Part shown: positions 9,515 to 18,795 of the stretch, one piece after another | Layout: every line of letters begins with the position of its first letter | Position numbering within the stretch: position 1 is the first letter of the stretch | Notes under the pieces: generated by a model | Told to the model about the DNA's origin: nothing | Seen by the model: only the letters and a program-made list of their open reading frames with translations | Databases searched by the model: none | Program-made: the position numbers and the translations under genes | NCBI GenBank assembly: GCA_964517685.1 | Contig: CAZFCF010000001.1 | Span: 153,458-217,457 of the forward strand | Reading direction: 5' to 3' | DNA length: 64,000 nucleotides | Source of the DNA: an uncultured Gammaproteobacteria bacterium | Lineage (GTDB): Bacteria; Cyanobacteriota; Vampirovibrionia; LMEP-6097

Positions 9515-10648
9515 TTACGCTTTAGCTTCTTTATTCAAAAACAAATCCAAAATAGTAAAACGATTTTTACGTGTTTGTGGTGCTAGTTCAATAATTTTTT
9601 TGAGCTCAGTTGCATCTATGCCTATATCTGCAAACTTAGTGGGGAAGCCTAGTTCACTAAGTAGCTTGAATAGAATTGAGTTGTACTCAAGCTTTTCAAA
9701 ATCAACTTTATCTAAACTTAAATCAAAATCATGTGCTTGAGAAAAAATACTTTTGATCAAATCATAGCCTCTGAGACTTTCTAGAAAAAGTGTTGCCACT
9801 AAAACTTGAATGCCGTGTGATGCCTTCTTGCCATGTCCATAAATTTCATCGATGGCATGAGAGATCATGTGTTCGGCTCCAGAACAAGGTCTTGAGTTGC
9901 CACTTATACTCATAGCGATTCCTGAAACTGCAAGTGCTTCAATTAATGATCTAAGAAAAAATTCTTCATGAATAAAATCTTCAGACCAATTTGCTTTTTG
10001 ATTTTTAAGTTTAACTTGTGTTTCCAAAATTGATATAACCGTCATGGCAGACTGTTTTGAGAGCATTGCAGCAAAGCTATCAATCTCTTCACCTTTGTAT
10101 TTATTTGCAAGTTTCCAATCTTCTATTGCAGATAAATTAGCAATCAAATCACCGACACCAGATTGAATTTGTGCAGTGCTGGCATCTTTGATAATGAATA
10201 AAGGTACTAGCAAAGCATAGGGCATCACTGCTCCGTAGCTTTTGCCATTTAAGACTGCTACAGGTGAGCAGATACCATCATGTGAAATTAAAGTCGGTAC
10301 GCTGATAAATTTTGAATTAGTTTTAGCTGCTAAATATTTTACTTGATCGAGTACCTTGCCGCCACCAACTGCTAAAAGCCAATTGTTATCGAGCTTCTGG
10401 CTTAATTCACTTTCGTGCAGTAGAGCTTGCTCGTCGATTATTTGATAATTTATTTTGCAATTTTTAATCTGCGTAGAAGTCTCTAAATCTTTTGCTAGTT
10501 GATTAGCAAGAATAAAGCTTGCATAAGTGCCTGCGAAAATATAAAGTTTAGTAATTGCATTCTCTGTGATTAAATCTTCAATCACAGTTAACAAAGCAGC
10601 ATAGTCATCTGCAATTTTTAGTTCTTTTGGTATTGTAATTTGACGCAT
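9515..10648 (-). CDS. sn-glycerol-1-phosphate dehydrogenase / glycerol dehydrogenase-like Fe-ADH (EgsA/AraM family)
   Basis: AVGGGKVLDQVKYLAAK (GGGxxxDxxK NAD motif), SVPTLISHDGICSP (metal/substrate motif as in G1PDH TASNDGIASP). Confidence 0.6.
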   Translation of the reverse strand: MRQITIPKELKIADDYAALLTVIEDLITENAITKLYIFAGTYASFILANQLAKDLETSTQIKNCKINYQIIDEQALLHESELSQKLDNNWLLAVGGGKVLDQVKYLAAKTNSKFISVPTLISHDGICSPVAVLNGKSYGAVMPYALLVPLFIIKDASTAQIQSGVGDLIANLSAIEDWKLANKYKGEEIDSFAAMLSKQSAMTVISILETQVKLKNQKANWSEDFIHEEFFLRSLIEALAVSGIAMSISGNSRPCSGAEHMISHAIDEIYGHGKKASHGIQVLVATLFLESLRGYDLIKSIFSQAHDFDLSLDKVDFEKLEYNSILFKLLSELGFPTKFADIGIDATELKKIIELAPQTRKNRFTILDLFLNKEAKA

Positions 10649-11406
10649 TCTAAATCTTTTGCTTTTTGGTAATCTTCTTTAGTATCAATTTCAGTCCAAC
10701 CAAAACCTTCTGTAGAAACTGCTTTTAGTTTAAGCTCGCTTGTAATTCTATCAAGAGCATCTTCGTAATATTTATCATAGATACCATTAGCTATCATATT
10801 TTCAAGAGAAGCTTTGAACTTGGAAGCATCATTGTTACTAAGTCTTAAAATCCCAATGTACTCACCAAAAGATTTTTGATTATCAAGTTGTTTGTGAATT
10901 CGTATAATGTTTTTTTGTTCGTTGAGTAAAACTTTCATATCTTCGTCAACCAATGCCTCACTATTATCCACGATCATAAAGCTCTCTTTATTTGCCTTTA
11001 GAGCATCGACACTAATTGCTAGAATGCGCTCGTCATAGACAATATCAGAATTAAATATCAAAGTATTTTCATCTATAAGATCTCGAATTAAATAAGCTGT
11101 GTAAATATTGTTTCTATCTTTATAGTAGTCATTAAAGATTGAACGTATCTGCAAAGGTTTATAGTAATCTGGATTGCCACGCCCGCCTGCTCCTCGCAAT
11201 GACGATTTTTTAATGACGGCAGCTATCTCATCTGCCGCATGTCCGGTGACAATGATGATCTCTGTAAAATCATATTGACTCATTAACTTGAGATTTCTTT
11301 CAAGAATAGTTTCAGATTCATTTATAGGTAAACAGCACTTTGGTAAATCTTTTGTAAGATCACCTAACCTAGTTGCCATGCCTGCTGCAAAGATAATTCC
11401 GCGCAT
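10618..11406 (-). CDS. LicC-family cytidylyltransferase (CTP:phospho-alcohol/phosphonate cytidylyltransferase-like)
   Basis: MRGIIFAAGMATRLG (GxGTRL), IRSIFNDYYKDRNNIYTAYLIRDLI closely parallels S. pneumoniae LicC VRLVFNDKYADYNNFYSLYLV; overlaps G1PDH-like gene by 31 nt; contains in-frame repeat insertion. Confidence 0.65.
   Translation of the reverse strand: MRGIIFAAGMATRLGDLTKDLPKCCLPINESETILERNLKLMSQYDFTEIIIVTGHAADEIAAVIKKSSLRGAGGRGNPDYYKPLQIRSIFNDYYKDRNNIYTAYLIRDLIDENTLIFNSDIVYDERILAISVDALKANKESFMIVDNSEALVDEDMKVLLNEQKNIIRIHKQLDNQKSFGEYIGILRLSNNDASKFKASLENMIANGIYDKYYEDALDRITSELKLKAVSTEGFGWTEIDTKEDYQKAKDLECVKLQYQKN
11171..11203. repeat. palindromic repeat unit (GGATTGCCACG..CTCCTCGCAATGAC) inserted in-frame in LicC-like CDS
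   Basis: encodes KKSSLRGAGGRGNP on minus strand, a segment absent from LicC homologues. Confidence 0.75.
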
Positions 11407-11498
11407 ATTGACTTATTGTCTCATAAAAAAATGCTTTTGTAATTTTACTTTGGTTTAGTTTCAAAATCTTTATGGTATATCTTATATTATGACCATTT

Positions 11499-12257
11499 TT
11501 GAATGAGTCTATACCTGAATTTAAAACAAGAATGTCGACTCAAGAAGATAAAGTAAAATCTCTAAAAATTAATTCGAAGAATAGCGCAAAAGACATTGCT
11601 AAGTTTATGCCGATCGTAGAGATGATCGCAAGAAAAGAATCTCAAAACAAATCCAAACAAATCATCAGTTACGATGAGATGGTTAATACTGGCTTGATAG
11701 CAGTTAATAAGCTTATTGAAAGTGCAAAGTTAAACGAAGATACTGAATACAATTCAAGTTATATCGCTCAATCAGTTAAGTGGGCAATGAAGGACGAAAT
11801 TCGTTCTAGACAAGGTTGGTATGGTGTTAAAACTGTTATTGCCGTTGATGGCAAGGAGCCAGTTGCTGCTGATGGTGCTGAAGGGCAAGCTAAACCAGAT
11901 CCTACTGAAACTACAGAGATTAATAGTTTTGATGATGCACGTAAAGCTGTTTTCGAAGTAATTATGTCGGTTGAAGGCATGGAAGAAGAATTAGGTTTTT
12001 CTCCCGCTGATACTAATCAAGTTGAAGAACTTGAAAGACTTGAATTACTTGCTATGAAAACAAGTTTAAAAAAATCTGTTTCTAAACTACCAAGTAATTT
12101 ACGTGAAGTTATAGAATTACGTTACTATGATTGCCTCAGTGGAAACGAAGTCGCTGACAAGCTTGGAGTTACACCATCAAGAATTTCTCATATGATTAAA
12201 GAAGCTGTGAAGAAGCTTCGCGTTTCCATGGTTGCAGAAGGATATACAGGCGACTAG
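11499..12257 (+). CDS. sigma-70 family alternative sigma factor (group 3, FliA/SigF-like)
   Basis: region 2 YIAQSVKWAMKDEIR, region 4 HTH LSGNEVADKLGVTPSRISHMIKEAVKKLR; true start probably Met at ~11532. Confidence 0.65.
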   Translation: MNESIPEFKTRMSTQEDKVKSLKINSKNSAKDIAKFMPIVEMIARKESQNKSKQIISYDEMVNTGLIAVNKLIESAKLNEDTEYNSSYIAQSVKWAMKDEIRSRQGWYGVKTVIAVDGKEPVAADGAEGQAKPDPTETTEINSFDDARKAVFEVIMSVEGMEEELGFSPADTNQVEELERLELLAMKTSLKKSVSKLPSNLREVIELRYYDCLSGNEVADKLGVTPSRISHMIKEAVKKLRVSMVAEGYTGD

Positions 12258-12260
12258 AAT

Positions 12261-14156
12261 CTAAGGAGTAGTAGGTGCTGTAGTTGCTCCATTTGTAGTG
12301 GTAGTTTTAATTACACCACTCTTGATTCCTTGTTGTAGCAATCCCTGTAAAGCAGTCCCTAGCTGTTGTTCAAGTTCTCGTTTAGAACTTTGGGTTGTAC
12401 CATTAGTAGTCTGTGGAGCAGTTGTTTGTGTTTTACCATTTTGTAGAGCTGAGTTTAAAGTATCAGATAGTCCTTTGAGTTTGGAATTTTTCTCAGCGGT
12501 TTTTTGTAAATAGTTTAACCCTTGTTGTAGAGCTGTTTGTACTACTTTACCTTTGTTAAGTTTTGCCAGTGCTTCTAAATCTGGATAAATAGAAGGCTTG
12601 TTTATGGTTCCTCTTATTTTCATTGGTAGAGGGCTTGGTAATTCCTTACTGTTAAGTACTATGTCATAAACTATCCACTGACCATTTTTGACAGTACCTG
12701 ATCCAGTAATATCAGCAACAGAAGTATGAATAAGGATATCGTCAGTTCGTAAAAAATTATTTTCAAGATGGAATTTAGAATTCAGAGTAGCAAATTCATC
12801 TGAAATCTTCTTAGTAAGCTCGCTTCCGTTCTTAATGATTGCATCTGCTAAGTCATTATATTTTGTAATGTTTTTAAGAATATATAATGAACCGTCTTTT
12901 ATAGAGATTTGACCATCAGCTATAAATGATTTATTGATTTGTTTTGCATCGAGACCTGCAAATCTAAAACTATAATTGTTGATTTCGAAAACTCCAAATA
13001 CTACTTCTCTTGTATTCGTGAAGCAATTAAGTGCCTCTTCAATCTCAAGCCCTGAAAGGTTTCCAGATCCACTGCCACTCATATACATTGATTCAAGATT
13101 TACATTAACTTTCGTGTTTGCGGTCAAGGTAGCACTTTTAGAATTTTTGTCTTTGAGAGTAACTTTTGCATTATTGCTGAGTAAAGAGAGATTTGGGTTC
13201 TTGATCATATTGATAGAGAATCCTAATGGAACAGTAGTATTAACTTCGATAGTATGGTCTACAGTGTTACCTAATAGTAGATCATTGATTTTTAAATTTC
13301 CTGAACCGTGCATAACATCGAGGACATCGCCAGTAAGGCTGGAATCATATTTTAATGATGAGCCACTAGTGACTTTAATACCATTACCCAAAATTTGACT
13401 TTTGAGTTCTTGAGGTAAATCATTAAGTTTGATATTAATGCTGAACCTACCGTTGATTGGTAATTTATTAAACTTAGTACCGATTGGTCCCAAATCTGCA
13501 TCACAAGTAATGTTGGAGCTTTTAACTCCAAAAAATTCTGCGGTCATTTTTAATTTAGAAATTACTTCTTCTTGGTCGCTTACAACAAAATCAGAAAGCT
13601 CTAAATTGAAATTATTTAGGATGATTGGTTTTTTAGCTTTATGTGGAGTGAATTCATAAGTTGAGTCTTTGATAATAAATTCTTTTAAATTGAAGTCTGT
13701 AATAAACTCATCTTTGTTTTTCTTGTTTTTGCGTTTCTTTTTCTCTTTCTCAAGTTTTTCCTGTAACTCAGTTAAATTGATACCTTTAGGAAAAACTTCG
13801 CGTTTAGAGTTCTCTTCGAATCTAAGAATTGATTTATCAAGAATGATTTTCTTTATATAAAGTCTCTTCTCAAGTAAAGATCTAAGTTCTAATTCTGCAT
13901 TTAATTCTTCAACGTCGATAGCGTCACCAATTTTTAATTGAGTGATTGCCAGGGTTGGTTTTAATCTCAGCAAAGCCGGAAAGTCGAATTTAACATCACC
14001 AAAAGAAATCTTGATGTCGGTTTCCTTTTTTACATAGTCGGTTATAGCGACTAGCACATCATGTTTAAAAGAGCCTTGTATATAAAAATATAATCCAGTG
14101 AGGACTATAAGAAATGCTGCAAGAAAAATACCTAAAATAGAAAGAGCTTTTTTCAT
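12261..14156 (-). CDS. AsmA-family outer-membrane assembly protein
   Basis: N-terminal TM anchor, AsmA-like N-domain, long beta-rich body, T/Q-rich C-terminus. Confidence 0.5.
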   Translation of the reverse strand: MKKALSILGIFLAAFLIVLTGLYFYIQGSFKHDVLVAITDYVKKETDIKISFGDVKFDFPALLRLKPTLAITQLKIGDAIDVEELNAELELRSLLEKRLYIKKIILDKSILRFEENSKREVFPKGINLTELQEKLEKEKKKRKNKKNKDEFITDFNLKEFIIKDSTYEFTPHKAKKPIILNNFNLELSDFVVSDQEEVISKLKMTAEFFGVKSSNITCDADLGPIGTKFNKLPINGRFSINIKLNDLPQELKSQILGNGIKVTSGSSLKYDSSLTGDVLDVMHGSGNLKINDLLLGNTVDHTIEVNTTVPLGFSINMIKNPNLSLLSNNAKVTLKDKNSKSATLTANTKVNVNLESMYMSGSGSGNLSGLEIEEALNCFTNTREVVFGVFEINNYSFRFAGLDAKQINKSFIADGQISIKDGSLYILKNITKYNDLADAIIKNGSELTKKISDEFATLNSKFHLENNFLRTDDILIHTSVADITGSGTVKNGQWIVYDIVLNSKELPSPLPMKIRGTINKPSIYPDLEALAKLNKGKVVQTALQQGLNYLQKTAEKNSKLKGLSDTLNSALQNGKTQTTAPQTTNGTTQSSKRELEQQLGTALQGLLQQGIKSGVIKTTTTNGATTAPTTP

Positions 14157-14160
14157 AGTT

Positions 14161-14409
14161 ATAACTTTATTTTAGCCTTTATTTCAATAAGTCTTAGAAG
14201 TGTAATGTGATATCCATATGGATTCAACTTCATTCCGCTTAGAGCAAATCTAGCTCGGTTTGAATTACGCTTCGCGACCGAAAGATTTTACTGTAAAAAT
14301 TAAATTCAAAAACTTCGCACCTTCGCTGATTTGCTTACTAAGCTTCACTTGTTTCATCTCATATTCCTATCAAAATTACACTTCATAAGACTTATTGAAT
14401 AAAGTTATA
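14161..14409. mobile_element. MITE-like structured element copy 1 (~167-bp conserved core within a 36-46-bp inverted repeat)
   Basis: core 14207-14373 ~80% identical to core at 19580-19746; flanks ...gtcttagaagtgtaat / attacacttcataagac... are inverted repeats unique to this copy. Confidence 0.7.
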
Positions 14410-14431
14410 AAAAATTGAGTGATGTACCATA

Positions 14432-14460
14432 AGAATGGTAGCTGAGGGCAGAGTCGCGAA
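14432..14460. other. direct repeat of tRNA 3' end plus flank (att-like duplication)
   Basis: gtaccataagaatggtagctgagggcaga vs 14513-14541 gtaccataaagatggtagctgagggcaga (28/29). Confidence 0.7.
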
Positions 14461-14523
14461 GGCGACTCATGAGAAAGAGAAGAACTGTTCAGTTCAAATC
14501 GTAAAGTGTAAGTACCATAAAGA

Positions 14524-14600
14524 TGGTAGCTGAGGGCAGATTTGAACTGCCGACCTGTGGGTTATGAATCCACCGCTCTCACCAACTGAGCTACTCAGCC
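14524..14600 (-). tRNA. tRNA with CAU anticodon (elongator Met or Ile2/lysidine)
   Basis: 77 nt: GGCTGAG-TA-GCTC-AGTTGGTGA-GAGC..GTGGA-TTCATAA-CCCAC..GGCAG-TTCAAAT-CTGCC-CTCAGCT-A-CCA; CCA encoded. Confidence 0.85.
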
Positions 14601-14677
14601 AAAAATTTCTTGTTATTAAACAAGAAACGTTTAACTATATTCGCATGAGCAAAATATAAATTCAATAGCTAATAAGT

Positions 14678-17600
14678 TTATAGCCTTGCATTTCGTAGCG
14701 AACCTAGATTTTCTTTAGAAAGTTGTAATGATCTTTCTCTTAGAGTGCTTACATTCTTCAAATTTCTCCATTCAAAACTTAAGCCAACTGCTGGACTGAG
14801 TAGAGGTCTAGGAAATTTTTTCAAAAGATCGATAAGGATATTCTTGGCATTTAGTTGATTAGGGAAGCTTTCTTTCTGAGGATCATCAGCTATTAATAAA
14901 TTAACTTTTTGTTGTAAAAATTTATGTACTAAATCAATCTTTGCTTGTAATTCCCTTACCTGTTGTTCTCTATTTATATTATTGTCCTGATCTAAGAATT
15001 GACTAGGTCTTAAATTCAAAAATTTATTACTGTGTGTATTAAAAAGAAATCCAATCTGATTTAAGTAATGCAAAGTCTTAATCATATTAAAAATATCTTC
15101 TTCATTATTGTCTTTAATTTCAAATTCACCATGTCGATTTATATTTTGTTTCAGAAGGCTCTCTGCAAGGTTTGTAACTTTATCGAGTAAAGAATTTGCA
15201 ACTGCTGTTTTTACTTTGGGATTATTACAGTGTTTGGCATAATCTACAATTAAATCCAAAGTTGTTTTTACTTTTTTAGTACTAAATTCGTCAGAATTTA
15301 TGATTAAATCTAGGTCTGTGTCTAAATACATAACTTTAGTAATAGCTTTATCTAAGCCCTCAAGCATGTGAACATCTTTTCTATCTTTGAAAATTTTGCT
15401 AATTACTCCTAAAGTTCTTTGATTCTGATTAATATTTTTTTCTAATTCAGCATAGATGTAAATTAAATCTTTGAGAGAATCTTTACTCTCTCTGCCTGTA
15501 GCTATATCATTAATTCTTGAATCAAGCTCTTCAAATAGAGATCTAAAAGTACCTGTATGTTTTGGATCTAAGCTTAGATTGTCATCCTTTAAGCCTAATG
15601 CTTGGCTTCTGAGTTTGCTATACAGTGTTTTTGGAATTATATTTTCAAGTCTAAGTTTTTCATCAAGCATTGACCCAACAATGTTTGCTTTAATTTTTAG
15701 TGCTTGAATATCATTCGTTTTTTCAGGTAAAAACTTTACCAATATATAAAAAAGCCAAGTAGCAAGAATTATATTGTGTGATTTTAGAATGTCAAATTCT
15801 GCTTCATTACGATTGGCATTTAAAGCTGCTTCAATACTCTTTTTCAGAAATTTCATGATCACATCGGCACGATTTAATAAAAATCCTGTATTGGACAAAC
15901 TTTCTGATAACCTTGTAAAGGTTTCATCAATTGCTTTACTGTGTCCAATTGGTGCGTATTGAATATCACCGTTCTCATCTTTGAGCAAAGATTCTATTTT
16001 AATAAATTCAATTACTTCTTCTATTTCTTTCATCTCCCGTTGAGAGAGAACAGAACTTTCTTTTGGTCCCCAACTTTGTGCTAGTAAAATATTCAATGGA
16101 AGAATACCAGTACGAGTGGAGTTGAACATAAATTTAAATAACTCTTCTATGTAAGGTTTAGCTGCATAACGGTTTAAATAGTCATCAGGACTAAATAATT
16201 TAGTAGAATTAGTTAATTCTAAAGCCAAGTGGCTAATGTATTCAACTACTGATGTAATGTGGATTTCAGATTTTTCTTTACTAATAAGATCTTTCATTGC
16301 TGCATATCTTTTCGCATAAAAATCTTTAATCCAAGGGATAGAATCTTTTTGATAGCTTTCATAGTTTTCTAGTAAACTGTGATCATCTTTTTTCCAACCT
16401 TTATAAGTGCTAATGGCATCAATGCCAGCAAGTGCGCTAAGTTCAAGAACTATTCTTTCGAAATTCCTTTTAGCATCATCGTCATTAAAAAGAAAATTAA
16501 GTAAATAAGTTGCTTCAACTTTATATCCTCCTGGCAAGGTTTCTGCTTGAGTGCTACCTAATAATTTAGATACAGTTCCAGCTGGGACCCAATTGGATTT
16601 GATTTTCTCAAGTTCACCCTTCATATCAATCCCTAAGTTCTCCCAGATTGGAAACTTTTCTAAATCATTGATTCCTTTAAATGAGTTCGATTCATTTCTA
16701 CCCCATTTATTGAAAAACTGTCTTAGATCACTTTTTCGATGATTGAATTTGCTGATTTCTGCTGTTTGTAGCTTGTCAGAAATATGATCATATTTAAGTT
16801 CAACGCTTTTAATTATGGTTGTTGTATATAAATCTAAAACTTTTTGTGCTAAGTCTTGGGGGATAGAACCGATATTTATTTCATTACTTTCATTTTTGCC
16901 ATTATTAATCAATACTGTACCTTGAACTATTTTTTGTAATTTAGTAATAAAAGCTAAGTTTGAATAAAGATCAGTTTCATTTATTTTATTTAAATCCAAT
17001 CCAGAATTGAAAATAGGTTTAACTAAATTACTATCTAAAATTCCAAAGTGACTACCAATAATTAGTTTCCTAATATTTGGCCAAGCTTTTTCCGTAGTTA
17101 ATTGCTTGAATGTTTTTGAATCTGATGAGCCTGCTTTTTGACCAGGAATCATTGCAGTTATTTTATTTAAAAATTTACTTGAAACCTCGGAACTGACTTC
17201 TTTTAATGACTGTATCGTTTCTAGGAAATCAGCTTGTAAAATTGAGGAATTTTCTAAAGTTTCATTGAGTATAATTTTTTGAATTTCATTTATTAAAGCT
17301 AAGCATGATTCACAGTATTCATGAAGGTATAATTCAAATTGATTTTTTACTTCTTCAAAATTTGCATTGTTGTCTATTTGGGAAATTTTTTGAAAAGTTT
17401 CTTGAATAAGAATTTCAGCTATTTGGAGACTTGGTTCTTTGATTTGACCTTTTACTAAATTAGAACCTTCTTTATTACGTAACTTCTGTTTCATGTCGGT
17501 AAGGAGATCATTTATCAATGGATTTGCTTTATAAATTTCAAAGTTATTGCTTTGTTCACGAGCTTTAAGTTCACTAAGTATTTTTTCTGATATTGGTTTT

Positions 17601-17833
17601 TTGGAAACTATTAATTCCATATCAGTATTTGTAGTTAAAAATTTACCGGGATTGTTGAAACCTTTATTATCTTTTGAATCTCGATCTGAACTTTGTTTTA
17701 AATTTGTAGGAGATCCTTCTTTTGTTTCCCAAGATGAATCAGTATGCGCGCTCTTCTTAGTTTCAGCACCAAAGATATATTCTTTGGCTTTTGAAAACAA
17801 ATTAGTTCCAAATGTATAGATGCTCGCTGACAT
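14678..17833 (-). CDS. large (1051 aa) hydrophilic hypothetical protein (effector-like)
   Basis: single uninterrupted ORF, no TM/signal peptide, no recognisable catalytic motif. Confidence 0.55.
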   Translation of the reverse strand: MSASIYTFGTNLFSKAKEYIFGAETKKSAHTDSSWETKEGSPTNLKQSSDRDSKDNKGFNNPGKFLTTNTDMELIVSKKPISEKILSELKAREQSNNFEIYKANPLINDLLTDMKQKLRNKEGSNLVKGQIKEPSLQIAEILIQETFQKISQIDNNANFEEVKNQFELYLHEYCESCLALINEIQKIILNETLENSSILQADFLETIQSLKEVSSEVSSKFLNKITAMIPGQKAGSSDSKTFKQLTTEKAWPNIRKLIIGSHFGILDSNLVKPIFNSGLDLNKINETDLYSNLAFITKLQKIVQGTVLINNGKNESNEINIGSIPQDLAQKVLDLYTTTIIKSVELKYDHISDKLQTAEISKFNHRKSDLRQFFNKWGRNESNSFKGINDLEKFPIWENLGIDMKGELEKIKSNWVPAGTVSKLLGSTQAETLPGGYKVEATYLLNFLFNDDDAKRNFERIVLELSALAGIDAISTYKGWKKDDHSLLENYESYQKDSIPWIKDFYAKRYAAMKDLISKEKSEIHITSVVEYISHLALELTNSTKLFSPDDYLNRYAAKPYIEELFKFMFNSTRTGILPLNILLAQSWGPKESSVLSQREMKEIEEVIEFIKIESLLKDENGDIQYAPIGHSKAIDETFTRLSESLSNTGFLLNRADVIMKFLKKSIEAALNANRNEAEFDILKSHNIILATWLFYILVKFLPEKTNDIQALKIKANIVGSMLDEKLRLENIIPKTLYSKLRSQALGLKDDNLSLDPKHTGTFRSLFEELDSRINDIATGRESKDSLKDLIYIYAELEKNINQNQRTLGVISKIFKDRKDVHMLEGLDKAITKVMYLDTDLDLIINSDEFSTKKVKTTLDLIVDYAKHCNNPKVKTAVANSLLDKVTNLAESLLKQNINRHGEFEIKDNNEEDIFNMIKTLHYLNQIGFLFNTHSNKFLNLRPSQFLDQDNNINREQQVRELQAKIDLVHKFLQQKVNLLIADDPQKESFPNQLNAKNILIDLLKKFPRPLLSPAVGLSFEWRNLKNVSTLRERSLQLSKENLGSLRNARL

Positions 17834-17946
17834 TATCGAGTAATACAGATTCTAGCATTTAGCTATACATATATGAGAATCTAGATTGAAAATCTTTAAT
17901 AATCTTCGCCGATAAGCGTTAAAATGCTTAAAAAGTGTAATTTACC

Positions 17947-18795
17947 TTGATTCTATGCCATAATTACTCTATGTCAGAAAAATATATTTGTTCTGAAAAA
18001 GGCATTATTAGCAGATCTGATGTCCTTGTCAAGATAAGCGTCAATAATAATCTCGGTATTAGATTTATTCTGCCTAGTGGGAAGATTGTTAAAGCTTCTA
18101 CCGAAAGTATATTTTCATCCCAGAGAAACACAGTTTTAGGTGATTCTGAAGAGTCTTTATGCCTGGTAGAACATTTTTTAGCAGCTTGCTCTCTTCTTGA
18201 TATAAATAATTTAGATGTTGAAGTGGATAATTACGAGCTGCCTTTTGCAGATGGTTCGGCAATGTTTTGGATTGATTGTTTGCGTGCAAGTGGATTTGCT
18301 AGCGAAAATTTAGTTCAGCAAAAACGAATTACTATAAGTGAAGAATTTATTCTGGTTGATGAAAATGATATTAGTCGTTTTATCAAAGTCAGGCCTTCAG
18401 ATACTTTCAGCGTTAATTATATTTTGGATATGCCTCAGAATTTTATAGGTAGAAGAGAAGCGAAATGGACTTTAGGAGAAGATTCTATTGAACTTATTGC
18501 AAGAGCTCGTACTTTTAGTAGTGAAGAAGAAAATAAAATATTGGGTCTCGATGCTTGGGTACTTGGATATACTGAAAGCAGTTTTACTAAGCCTTTGTAT
18601 TCATATAATGAACCCGCTATGCATAAGGCTTTAGATTTAATTGGTGATTTAAGATTGATTGGATTCAACCCACTTAGCTTGAATGCGGATATCATTAGTT
18701 CTAAGGGCGGTCATGCTTTGAATACTAAGCTAGCTTGCTATTTAGCAAAAAACTTCTCTCCTAATTCACAAAAATTATGCATTGCCAGCGTATAA
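17947..18795 (+). CDS. lpxC: UDP-3-O-acyl-N-acetylglucosamine deacetylase
   Basis: EHFLAACSLLDINNLDVEV..PFADGSAMFW and HKALDLIGDLRLIG..SKGGHALNTKL match LpxC zinc/substrate motifs; start probably Met at ~17971. Confidence 0.8.
   Translation: MILCHNYSMSEKYICSEKGIISRSDVLVKISVNNNLGIRFILPSGKIVKASTESIFSSQRNTVLGDSEESLCLVEHFLAACSLLDINNLDVEVDNYELPFADGSAMFWIDCLRASGFASENLVQQKRITISEEFILVDENDISRFIKVRPSDTFSVNYILDMPQNFIGRREAKWTLGEDSIELIARARTFSSEEENKILGLDAWVLGYTESSFTKPLYSYNEPAMHKALDLIGDLRLIGFNPLSLNADIISSKGGHALNTKLACYLAKNFSPNSQKLCIASV

Noticed and set aside
14461-14512. 52-nt spacer between tRNA 3' repeats as a second tRNA gene
   Set aside because: It is too short and lacks D-arm/anticodon arm; only T-loop-like ttcaaatc and two small hairpins are present, so it is at most a decayed fragment.
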